A stretch of DNA of 63,184 nt, counting the filler, from Piptocephalis cylindrospora (lineage: Eukaryota), in NCBI GenBank assembly GCA_003614145.1. It is 10 parts of 10 records of this genome, joined end to end, with 100 filler letters (N's around TTAATTAATTAA, not from the genome) between each part and the next. Parts side by side here need not be neighbours in the genome. Positions count along the whole stretch, not along the records: positions 1 to 6,284 come from KZ988301.1; positions 6,385 to 12,646 come from KZ988302.1; 8 more parts are not named here. One strand, given 5' to 3'. A program made the position numbers and the translations under genes. Below, in pieces: positions 1 to 9,715 of the stretch (the first letter of the stretch is position 1; each line of letters begins with the position of its first letter). The notes under the pieces were generated by a model. The model did not search any database, was not told the DNA's origin, and saw nothing but the letters and a program-made list of their open reading frames with translations.

Positions 1-2999
1 CCCTCGATGCCTTCCCTATCCCACCTCTCCCATCTCACTTTGCTCCTGAGGAAGATCGCGTGATGCAAGGAGAGGAGGAGGGGAAATCCGAAGAGTCAGA
101 TCTGTTCAGCTCGGCCAAAAGTTCTCGATCCATCCCTCGACCCGTGCGTCGTCGATCAACCTTTCGTCCCGGAAGTGTGCATATACGGTCTACTGACCTG
201 GAAAGGATGGGCTTGGCCGAGGGTTCGAATGAGATCACGGAAGGAGAGAGACCTCTATCCTTCAGAGAACATACCCCACTCGCTACCGCGACCTCCATGG
301 CCTCTACCACCATCTCCCCTCCTTCCCCACCCTCCTCGTCCAACTCGTCCACTTCCTCGCTCCACTCCATTGCCCAGATCATCCGGTCTGACGAGAGCGA
401 GGATGGGACAGATGGGAAGAAAGAGGCCTTGAAGGCCCTTGGAGGCGGGTCCCATCCTTCCACCAATCCCTCCCATTCCCCTCCTCGTACCACCCCAGCC
501 AATCTGGGCCGAGGGATAGGAAGGGTCATTGCCGCGGCCGTGGCCGCCGAGGATGCCGATGCCCTGAGACGCCGTAGACGTCAGAGTGAACTAGTCAGTC
601 CGGAGCTATCCCCCAAGGGTCGGGAGTCCGAAGGCGACCGGGGCCATCGACACGAACGCAGCCAAAGTATCGGAGTGGCGCTCCCCACAGGTCCTAGCAT
701 TCATGTTTATGGGGTGGATAGTCTTGAGGAGGAGATGAGGAGGAGTGAGAAAGAGGAGAAGTCGGAGGAGGAAGAGGTAAACTTTAGGCCCGGAATTCGT
801 CGGGTCCGAAACAAGGCCAGGGGATGGAAGGCCGTATCGGCCGTCCTTTCCGGAGCCACCATGGCCGCTCTTCAAGGGGAATTGGATGGGTCTAGAGCTG
901 CGGGGGAGGCCAAGGAGACCATAGGAGTGCCTTCCCCACAAAGGACTGAAAAGTCCCTACGACGGACTCAGACCACTCGCCACCCCACGGGACCTGAGAC
1001 TGGGGAGGAAGGGGATGACGAGGGGCTAGGAGAGGATGAGGGTGTGGGGGAAGATGAAAGAAAATTGATCATGGCACGAGAGAGGAAGGAAAAGTTGACC
1101 CGGGAACTCAAGGCCCTTGAAGATGAGGTTCATGCTGTGGAGGAGCGTATGAGGGTTTCTTCTCCTCAGAAAGAGGGCGGGAAAAAGAAGGGAACGGAGA
1201 AGGGAAAGGATGGAAAGGAAAGGGGTGTTTCAATGGCGGAAAAGGCCATGGCCAAAAGATCCAGCCGTCGTCGGTCCAAGCAACAGCAAAAGCGACAACA
1301 ACGGATGCTCTCCTCCTCCAAGGATACAGAATCCGTGACTCCGGTCCCCGATGTCCCCGATGTACCAGTAGGTCACCAGGAGATCCAGGACACGTCCAAA
1401 CCCCGTATTCCCTTCCGGGAGAAGCGCCGGCCCCCGCCCATTGACACCACACTCAAGCCCGTACCCCGTAGGGTCCGCAAGGCCAAAGCTGCTGCTGCCG
1501 CTGCTGAGAAGGAGAAAGAGAAAGAAAAGGAGAAGGAGAGGGAGAAGGAAAGAAAAAATAGGTCTCAGAACAAGGGGTCCAAGCAGAAATCTAAAGAAAC
1601 GGTCCGGAAAGGGGAAGTGGCCACCAAGCCACCCACCAACGATAGATCCGTGCCTCCATCCGTCAAAGAGATAAAGAAAAAGGAACCATTTGTTACCTCC
1701 ATTCCCCCTTCCCGTCCAAGTAATGAATCAACAGGAAGTCAGACTCTCCAAGGCAAAACATCCAAAACATCGGGATCCAAGGGGAGAAAACCCCCTCCTC
1801 CAATCCCGGCTTCCAAGGAGCATGGGAAGGCATCAGAGGGCGGAGGGGATGTCAAAGTGGAGCAGATGGCCAATGCCCTATCCAACTTGGGTTTTGGGAT
1901 GAATCTGCCTATGCAAGTCGTGACTCCTTCTGCCCCCCTGCGCGCTTCTGGGGTGGTAAGTCGGGGCCCCAGTCTACGGGAGCAGAGCTACGGGAAGGCT
2001 CCCCTGTTCCCCGAACGCACTCCAGTTCTTCCGTATGCCCTACCTTCTGCTGCTCCGGACACCCGATTCATGGCTGGGCCCATGGATCGACCCAGCATGG
2101 ATGGGCGAGAGGACTCGGGAGAGGGGATGGCGACGGGCCGCTTGACCACGGATATGGAGCGGGATACGGCTAGAGCAGCGGCAGACTCGGCGCTCGCCGT
2201 AGTCGGGGACGGGTCTCCGGTCTTCTCGGGCCGTCTGTACAAATTGGGCGGGAATGGTCGGTGGCAGAAGCGAGAGTTCCGCTTTGATGGCACGCACTTG
2301 GTTTGTCTTCGGCCAAAGTCTATCCGTGTGGCCTCCCATACCGTTCGGATGCTCCGGCCCTCGGAGGCCACAGATCCTTCCGTGGGATTTTACGGTACCC
2401 AGCCGCCACTCCCCAAGATCAACCATCCACTTCTTGCCACCCCTGAAGGCCCTGTGGTCCGGGGAAAGCCTGGGGCCGTGCGACAATGGGTCAAGTCCTA
2501 CCAGGCCCCAAAATGGGTCATCCCCATCACAGAGATCAAAGAGGTGTCCCTCCTGACCCGACGAGGAATTAAAGTCCGGGAATGCTTCTGTATCCGAACA
2601 CCGGAGCGAGAGCACGTGATGCGTGGGAGTGGGAAGCGTGAGCTGGCCTCCTGGCTCTTCCTCCTCCGACGGATGGTCGGGATTGTTGAGGAGCTGGAGG
2701 CGGCCGCGGTGGCGGCTGCCAATGCCCAAGCTGAGTCTGAAGACACGGACGAGACCTCTGAATCGGATGTGGAGAGGCAGCGGCAAAGAACAGAAAGGCA
2801 TCTACATGGTCTGGTAACAGCCCGGCAATCGGTATCCCTAGAAGTCCCGACCATCCCTGAACCGATCCCTGTCTCCGACTCTACGCTAGTTCAGGCGGAA
2901 AAGTCCGAGCTTCGACCGAATTTAGAGGCTCAGTGGAGAAAGAGCGTGACCGAGCTAGTGGGGATGGATCCAGCTATGGGTCGACAACTTACACAATAA
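1..2999 (+). CDS. Large low-complexity protein with a C-terminal PH domain; 3' part, continuing from 4852-6284 through the 55-bp terminal overlap
   Basis: The frame is open from the contig start (...FAPEEDRVMQGEEE). PH-like motifs: FSGRLYKLGGNGRWQKREFRF, IPITEIKEV, CFCIRTPEREHVMRG, ELASWLFLL. Confidence 0.75.
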   Translation, partial: LDAFPIPPLPSHFAPEEDRVMQGEEEGKSEESDLFSSAKSSRSIPRPVRRRSTFRPGSVHIRSTDLERMGLAEGSNEITEGERPLSFREHTPLATATSMASTTISPPSPPSSSNSSTSSLHSIAQIIRSDESEDGTDGKKEALKALGGGSHPSTNPSHSPPRTTPANLGRGIGRVIAAAVAAEDADALRRRRRQSELVSPELSPKGRESEGDRGHRHERSQSIGVALPTGPSIHVYGVDSLEEEMRRSEKEEKSEEEEVNFRPGIRRVRNKARGWKAVSAVLSGATMAALQGELDGSRAAGEAKETIGVPSPQRTEKSLRRTQTTRHPTGPETGEEGDDEGLGEDEGVGEDERKLIMARERKEKLTRELKALEDEVHAVEERMRVSSPQKEGGKKKGTEKGKDGKERGVSMAEKAMAKRSSRRRSKQQQKRQQRMLSSSKDTESVTPVPDVPDVPVGHQEIQDTSKPRIPFREKRRPPPIDTTLKPVPRRVRKAKAAAAAAEKEKEKEKEKEREKERKNRSQNKGSKQKSKETVRKGEVATKPPTNDRSVPPSVKEIKKKEPFVTSIPPSRPSNESTGSQTLQGKTSKTSGSKGRKPPPPIPASKEHGKASEGGGDVKVEQMANALSNLGFGMNLPMQVVTPSAPLRASGVVSRGPSLREQSYGKAPLFPERTPVLPYALPSAAPDTRFMAGPMDRPSMDGREDSGEGMATGRLTTDMERDTARAAADSALAVVGDGSPVFSGRLYKLGGNGRWQKREFRFDGTHLVCLRPKSIRVASHTVRMLRPSEATDPSVGFYGTQPPLPKINHPLLATPEGPVVRGKPGAVRQWVKSYQAPKWVIPITEIKEVSLLTRRGIKVRECFCIRTPEREHVMRGSGKRELASWLFLLRRMVGIVEELEAAAVAAANAQAESEDTDETSESDVERQRQRTERHLHGLVTARQSVSLEVPTIPEPIPVSDSTLVQAEKSELRPNLEAQWRKSVTELVGMDPAMGRQLTQ

Positions 3000-3602
3000 T
3001 GAGTAAAAGATCATGAGATGGGATGAGCTGGAGAGGGAGGACTGATGTGGTGGTAGGAGGGGATTAGTAATCTAATACGGATAATTGGTTGTCTTTTTCT
3101 TCTTTTCTCTTCTCAAAAGGGCGGCAAGCATGAGAGAAAGGAGATCATGTATTCTTCAAAGGCAAGAAAACTTGAAAAAGGGTGGGAGAGGGGGGGGGGG
3201 GGGGGGGGGGGGTCGTCTTTGGTTTCATTTGACAAGGGTAAATTCGAGAAAAAGAAAAGGGGGGGGGTGAGTTAGTATTTAAAAATTGAGTCGTTGCTCG
3301 GTGTTATCCTTAGTCTCACCAAGGTTNNNNNNNNNNGGGAATAATAAAATTTTGAAAAAAAAAAAAAAAACATGACCTATAAATAAAAAAAAAAAAAAAA
3401 AACAAAAAAAAAAAATTAATCTAACTCTCACTCTTTTTTTTTCATTTTTTTTTCTTTTCTCATGTTTGTTTTTTTTTTTCTGTCTGTCTGGAAAAAAGGG
3501 GCGAGAAAAATGGAAAAAGAACACTATTAGTATCCAAAAAGGAAAAAATGGGGAAAGGGGGGGGGGGGGGGGGGGGGGGGGGGGCTGGCCTCGTCAAGGT
3601 CA

Positions 3603-4130
3603 TTAGAGGACAAGGGAAAGTCCAGAGAAAAGGAAGAGGGTGGCAGTGAGAGAGGAGAGGGAAGGGGGGAGGATCGAGGAGGCGGGGGAGGGGCGCCATC
3701 CAAATTTTTCATAATCATCAGATGACAGATCGCCCTTGGCTTTAGCACCCTGAACCTTATCATTTCCGGCTTGAGCATGGATGCTCCGAGATGCGGGTTT
3801 ATCCGACGCCGAGGAATCAGGCAAAGATGAGGCTGATGGCTGGGCTACGCTGCTGGTAGGAGAGGGTAGAGAAGCAGATGGAGCAGATGGGGCAATAGTG
3901 CTTGAGGTAGTGGGGGTGGGGGAAGGGGAACGCGGTGGTCCTGGAGGTGTATGGGCAACTGGAGCTGTATTGGAGGAACTAGAGCCCGATTGAGAGGAGG
4001 CTGGGGAGGCGGATGAGGAAGCCGCAGGAGTATGACCCGCAGGAATAGGGGCGCTCGACACAACCGTAAATTGAAGGATCAGATAAAGTAGGACATAAGG
4101 CAGGGTGAGTTGATGGGTGGAGAGTCGCAT
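3603..4130 (-). CDS. Ser/Pro/Thr-rich secreted protein, probably GPI-anchored at the cell surface
   Basis: N-terminal hydrophobic signal ending VSSAP, an S/P/T-rich body and a hydrophobic C-terminal tail (LTATLFLFSGLSLVL). Confidence 0.7.
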   Translation of the reverse strand: MRLSTHQLTLPYVLLYLILQFTVVSSAPIPAGHTPAASSSASPASSQSGSSSSNTAPVAHTPPGPPRSPSPTPTTSSTIAPSAPSASLPSPTSSVAQPSASSLPDSSASDKPASRSIHAQAGNDKVQGAKAKGDLSSDDYEKFGWRPSPASSILPPSLSSLTATLFLFSGLSLVL

Positions 4131-4851
4131 GCTAGTAGACTCCTGCTTGGTCCGATGGAGAGGGGAAGAAGGGAGAGATGAAGAGGAAGTGGAAGACGTT
4201 ACTGACGAGGACGTTACGCTCTCAAAAATAGGGTGTTGAGCAAAAGGAAAGAGGGGATAGAGCAGGAAAACACGACGGGAATGGGGAAGAAGGAGGCGAG
4301 AAGTAGAGGTAGGAAGAGGGAAAAGACCGTTGGATCTGATGTGCTCTTCCTGATTGTATTGTTGCTTTCTTTTCCTAGAGCGTCACTTCAGCTCTGACCT
4401 GGTCAAATCAGCCTACTACCCGCACTTTTTGCAGCATTCGGACCTTTTTCCATCCGCCCATTTGCTACTCCGATGTCAACTCCGCCGTGTCCTCGTTGCT
4501 CCACCATGACACCCTTCATTCTCCGCCATTCTATCATTGGCGATCTGACTCAGACAGGTTCCCCTGAAGCCTTCTTTATTGAGGGGGACCCGGCCAAATC
4601 CGCTGGAATATAAAAGGGATATCTTGATGGAGTCTGACCACCCTCACTTACTTTTCTCTTAGTCTCACTTTTTCCCTCGTCCTTTTCTCTTCCTCGTCTC
4701 TCCCTTGCTGATCCCCCCCACTCGCCCTTCCTTATCCTGATCCAGCCTTACGCAGGCGTTGACCGTGCGTATATATGTGCTTGAGTGAATCAGTCAGCCC
4801 ATCCATCCATCCAACCCACCAGCCAACCCACCAATATCCTCTTCTCTCCTC

Positions 4852-6284
4852 ATGTACCCCTCGACTGGTTCCCTCGCCGCTCCTCGGCCCGCCTCCATGC
4901 TTACTCCTTCCTACACGGCTACCACTACATCCCCTTCCCCTCTTTCCTCCTCCTCCTCCCCCTCCTCCTCCGCCTCCTCAACCCCAACTGCTTCCAGTAA
5001 GCGCCAAGCCTCCGATCCTATCTCCAGACCCTACTCCATTGGATGCTTCCCCGCTCCGGTGGGACAGTCCAGCCTAATCGATTATCATGCCATTCTCTCT
5101 GAACTCTCCGATCCCAGCCCTCGGCCTAGGGATTCTTTAATCCCCTATAGGGAGGCGCCCAAGGAGCTAGAGCTGCTTCAGGAGACCAATGAGGACTCTA
5201 GGGATGTCAAGGGGGGGCAAGTCCAGGGGGAAATCTAAGGAAAAGTCATTGGAAGGCCGGCTAAGTAGGCTTCGTGCTTGGTCGCGATCCTCCAAGCTCT
5301 CCTCGACATCCGAAGACAAAGAAGAAAGGAAAGGCAAGGAAGATGGGACCAGTGAGCCCGGGGATCATGATTATCAACGATTGCATGAGCTGCACGAAGA
5401 AATGAGCAAGGATCGCGCGAATCCTTCCATGATAAAGGCTGACGCCGAGGAGATGTCCGTGGCTGTGGGAGTGGCGGTTCGTACTGCTGTCCCCACCCGG
5501 AGCTCCTCCCTTCGTATCATCCGTCGACCTACTCACTCCAAACGTACCTCCACGTCCACTTCAGCCACCGCCGATGCCATCTCTCCCACCAACCCTTCCA
5601 GATCCCTTTCCACGCCTAACTTTATGGAACCTGGACAAGGAAGGTGCCAGTCCGTTATCCTTCCGGAGCATGTGGCGCCCATCATCCCTCAACGCACTTC
5701 CATTTCCATCTCACCCATCTCCCTTCCATCCTCCGCGACGGACTCTCCCGTTCTCGTCTCCCCTAAACATATCCCTAGCTCTGGATCCTCCCAATACTCC
5801 ACACCCGTGGATACACCCTCAGTCATGATCTCCTCTCCCATGGATTATACTCATCCTTCTGGTGAGTTGATTGACATGTGTGGGTGTGTACGGTTACGGT
5901 CGGAACCATCCATCCTACTTACCTCGCCTCACCTCCCATTCTAGAGAAATCCTCGGAGCACGAAGATGCTTTTTTCTTTAAAGAAGTCAGTACTCCCAGC
6001 GATGAAGAGCAAAATAATGGCTCTCGAAAGGCAGGGGAGGAGGAAACGGACACTGGAGAGGACAGCGATGGGTTCGAGTCTCCGGAAGGGGATGTGGATG
6101 AGGATGATGCTGCATCCACTTCATCGGAGGGAGAGAGGAATGAACGCATGCTCAAGAGGCTCTCTTCCGCCTCAGGAACCTCTCTGGGAGGTCGTAGCAC
6201 TCGGCACTTTACCCCCATCACCACAGGAACCCTCGATGCCTTCCCTATCCCACCTCTCCCATCTCACTTTGCTCCTGAGGAAGA
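4852..6284 (+). CDS. 5' part of the PH-domain gene, with an apparent frameshift at the G7 run ~5211-5217 and an intron at 5862-5944
   Basis: ORFs 4852-5238, 5189-5944 and 5878-end join through one extra G and a GTGAGT...CTAG intron. The reading ends PSHFAPEE, identical to bases 1-55. Confidence 0.6.
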
Positions 6285-6384
6285 NNNNNNNNNNNNNNNN
6301 NNNNNNNNNNNNNNNNNNNNNNNNNNNNTTAATTAATTAANNNNNNNNNNNNNNNNNNNNNNNNNNNNNNNNNNNNNNNNNNNN
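6285..6384. other. Artificial contig linker N44-TTAATTAATTAA-N44. Further copies at 12647-12746, 18997-19096, 25323-25422, 31646-31745, 37961-38060, 44275-44374, 50582-50681 and 56889-56988
   Basis: Nine identical 100-bp linkers whose palindromic core has stops in all six frames. Confidence 0.98.
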
Positions 6385-6735
6385 TTTGAACTAGATGGTG
6401 GGGGCTTCTGGACCCCGGCCGCCCCCCAAATTGACTATCCTCATCTCAAAAACCCCGAAGCTTCGGCGGATGAACGAACTCGGCAGAAGCGTCTGCAGCT
6501 TCTTCTTCTCCTCTACCTTACCCTTGCCCTCAGTGTATCATGGGTGGGGTTTCGCTTCCAGGTAGCAGGACTTGTAGGTAATTCCCTATTCTTCTTGCCT
6601 CATTTAGTCCCAAAATTGCTTGGAGGAATCCCGAACCCCATACCCAAGGATGGCACTAGTGCTCGTTCCCTTGACCGGTCCTCGCTTTCCTCCTTTTCCT
6701 CCGCCCCTCGTTCCCTTCCCTCTGCCAGGTATTAA
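6385..6735 (+). CDS. 3' fragment of a hypothetical membrane protein
   Basis: Open frame from the contig start (FELDGGGFW...) with the hydrophobic stretch LQLLLLLYLTLALSVSWVGF, ending at TAA 6735. Confidence 0.45.
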   Translation, partial: FELDGGGFWTPAAPQIDYPHLKNPEASADERTRQKRLQLLLLLYLTLALSVSWVGFRFQVAGLVGNSLFFLPHLVPKLLGGIPNPIPKDGTSARSLDRSSLSSFSSAPRSLPSARY

Positions 6736-6908
6736 ATGGTACTTTTACACTCCAAATAAAATGATAAAAGTGACAACCCAATGAACGGATATCAATGGTC
6801 ATGCCTTTCTCGGTGATGGATAGCTAAATTTGGCCAATACATTACCTCTTCTCTCTCAATGGTCATGCCTCTCACTTCTCCCCTCACTAAAGTGTTTAAG
6901 GCAAAAAA

Positions 6909-6980
6909 TGGAGACAGTGGGGTTTGAACCCACGACCTTCCGCATGCAAAGCGGACGTGATCCCACTACACCATATCCCC
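6909..6980 (-). tRNA. tRNA-Ala(TGC), intronless
   Basis: Minus strand reads GGGGATA TGGTGTAGTGG...TCCGC TT TGC AT GCGGA...GGTTCAAACC...TGTCTCCA. It has the G3:U70 Ala identity pair and is followed by a T6 Pol III terminator. Confidence 0.95.
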
Positions 6981-7863
6981 GATCTTAAATTATTTATTTC
7001 TAGATTATTATTAACAGAAGTTGATGACCACGATAAAATAAATAATGATATAATTTATTAGTTACAATCATAATAGCGAGAATAATAACGATTATCTATA
7101 GAAACCCTTCCTCCTTTGCTTCCCATCCTTTTCCTCCTAGTGATCATTTATGCGGGCTCTGCCCACACTGTATGGGCTGTTAATTTATAATATATGCCAA
7201 ATCGGTAAGAAAATAAACACTGCAGTTCACCTAGTAAGAGACGCTGATAGCAAATTAAAACGGCCTAACCAACTAAAATGACCCTAAGCACATTGTGGAA
7301 AGGGCGCATCTTTATAAAGATACTGTACACAGTAAAGTCATTAGACGGCATGTGTTGCTAGGATTAGAGGTGTGATGCCTAGAAAAAAAATGGAAAGATG
7401 AGGGACAGGAGATAGGTTTAGATCCTTTAAAGATAGACAGATCAAAGAATCCATTTACTAGAACGATCGTCAGACTTGCTTTTGAAATGAGAAGTCATCC
7501 AAGAAAATTAATTCTCGTTAAATGTAGACATTCTAGATAAACGTTTCAGACACGTGTAATCGTTAAATTGCTCTACATCAGAAAACCTTTTTGCTGCTCA
7601 CCTATTCTTCTCGTATAGTAAGGTCCCTAATAATAGCCTAAGACTAGGGAAAATGTACCATAGATTTAAATATGGGTGCAATGAAGAACAAAAGTCGCTG
7701 ACCAGTAACTTATAACGTAACGGGAAGCGATCCACATGGAAACTGAAAAGATGACTGCTAAGTTCACGAGTATATTTTAGTCAGAGGTCCCTGAAAAATG
7801 CTCGATTTCTTGAAAGATAGAAATGAAAAGAGCAAGTCGGTGATTTCGGACAATGGGGGTCCA

Positions 7864-8118
7864 TCAAAGCAGATTCTTACTGACGCAGGTCCCGCGACCA
7901 TTCTTCTTCGCTCCTGGAAACGCGCATGCAAAGCCAGTACCATCATCGTCAAAGTAGTTAAGGCACTTCGAATCATCGTCACAGGAATCTCTTCCAGGAG
8001 GGCCAGAGTAGTAGGAGTATACTCCCGCCTTTTCCTCATCGCCAGGGGTGGGAACAGCAGCAACAATCAAAGGCATGGCCAGCATGACGGAGACGCACAG
8101 GATGGATACGAACTTCAT
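7864..8118 (-). CDS. Small secreted cysteine-rich protein, 84 aa
   Basis: Signal peptide MKFVSILCVSVMLAMPLIVAA; mature C-x5-C-x12-C-x12-C; similar to the 53523-53828 protein. Confidence 0.75.
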   Translation of the reverse strand: MKFVSILCVSVMLAMPLIVAAVPTPGDEEKAGVYSYYSGPPGRDSCDDDSKCLNYFDDDGTGFACAFPGAKKNGRGTCVSKNLL

Positions 8119-8767
8119 AGTGAAATGAAAGTAGAAGAATGGATCGCTCAGCGAGGAGAATGAAAAGATGGGGATAAAGCTGATGCTTTTTGAAGGATGA
8201 GGCTGGAAGGGCTGGATGATGTATAAGATGAGAACGATGGGATGGGAGGGAAAGTGCTTTGGCCTAGACTCTATTTATGCCTTTTGGAACGGATGAATAA
8301 GGCGATGTTCTCAATGGAATCACTGTCGTCCGTCATTCATCACTTCTCTCCCTTTGACCTTCAAAAGTCTTGGCAAAGGAATGGATACTTACACTGAACC
8401 TCCTTCCCTACTCCATTATCGCGCATTCTGCCTTATTCTTGGTGTATTATTGACTGAGGTTTCCAATGGGACCAATCATGCCTGTCCTATCTCGAGTAGG
8501 ACTTCTCTTACAACATGGAATCATCCTAGCAAGTAACTTGTACCACACCCTTTCCGCACCTCCGTCCAGTGCTCAAACAGGGATGGAATGATGGGTTGTC
8601 CAAATGTTTTACGTAGATGTAAAGCATTTTATATTCACCAATTTCTGGTCGTCCAAGGGTTCGCGCTTCTTGAGCGGGAAGAGGTGATTCGACTAGACAA
8701 GACACAAGAAACCCAAGATGATGTTTGTCACTGAAAAGCGGACTAATGGAAAAACACAAACACACGT

Positions 8768-9151
8768 TCAAAGGACACACATAGTCGTAGTCGATGTTTC
8801 GAAAGAAGGTACGAGAGACGCTGATCGGAGATGGCGTTTCATAGGAAGAAGGGTATAACCTGTGCGAGGCAAGCGGTTACGGGATGCCCTGGCCCAAATG
8901 TAGATGAGGATGAGAAGAGAGGCAGTCAGCGCGGTTAGGCCGATCAGATGGGCCCACAGGGGGTGCCGAGGAGTGTACTTGGTAGAGCTAGGAGAAACAA
9001 GGATGATTGCATCATCAGCGGCCAGGATAGTGCATGCAAGGAAAGGGAGGACGTAAAGAGCACGTTTCTTGGCCAGCACAAGTTGCGCCAATAAGGCCAA
9101 AGCCACGGAGATGTGGATGATAAAGTGGGAGACGACGTAGAGGGAGGGCAT
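8768..9151 (-). CDS. Small hypothetical membrane protein, about 3 TM segments
   Basis: ATG-initiated 127-aa ORF with three hydrophobic segments and a pyrimidine-rich leader upstream. Confidence 0.5.
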   Translation of the reverse strand: MPSLYVVSHFIIHISVALALLAQLVLAKKRALYVLPFLACTILAADDAIILVSPSSTKYTPRHPLWAHLIGLTALTASLLILIYIWARASRNRLPRTGYTLLPMKRHLRSASLVPSFETSTTTMCVL

Positions 9152-9715
9152 GGAAGGATGCAGGAGAGGGAGGATACGGGGGAGGAGGGAGGGAGAAGGC
9201 GGTTTTCGTCAAAAAGGATAGTTGAAGGGTTGATTGTGCTTGGCGTTGGGAACGTGTGAGGAGTGAAGAGGGAGCGAGATAGAGAGGAAGAGCGAGGATC
9301 AAAAAGAGGCGGATGGTGGTTAAAGGTCGTGTCAGCAGGGGGATGAAGAAGAGTGGAGCGGTAGGGAAGGAAGTGGAAGATAACGAAAATGAGAGAGGAA
9401 GGGAAAGAAGGAAGAGAAAAAAGACCCAGCGTGTTTTTAGCCTGGACCAAAATCCAAGTGGTATAAAGCGTTAGGATGGAACCATTTCAGCCTCCGACTC
9501 TTGTTCATTGGTTGCCCGTGCATCGGAGATGACAGCGGGGTCATCCGAGATTTTTTTGTCGTGGCATACAATGACTTTATGGAAAAAGTGTGCTCTATGT
9601 AAGGAAGCCAGTCAGGTTAATGGAGCTTATTCCAATATTTTATGACAATACCGTAAAAGGCAGGCGGCGTCAAGTAAAAATCATCAGTATTTTTTCTCTT
9701 ATCCTCCTTTCCCCA

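Noticed and set aside
3300..3600. Poly-A/T tracts and Phe/Lys-rich ORFs
   Set aside because: Low-quality sequence between poly-G runs and an N gap.
6329..6340. Regularly spaced TTAATTAATTAA palindromes as a biological repeat or array
   Set aside because: Each is embedded in exactly 44+44 Ns, so it is a synthetic contig separator. ORFs ending in X...LIN are artefacts of it.
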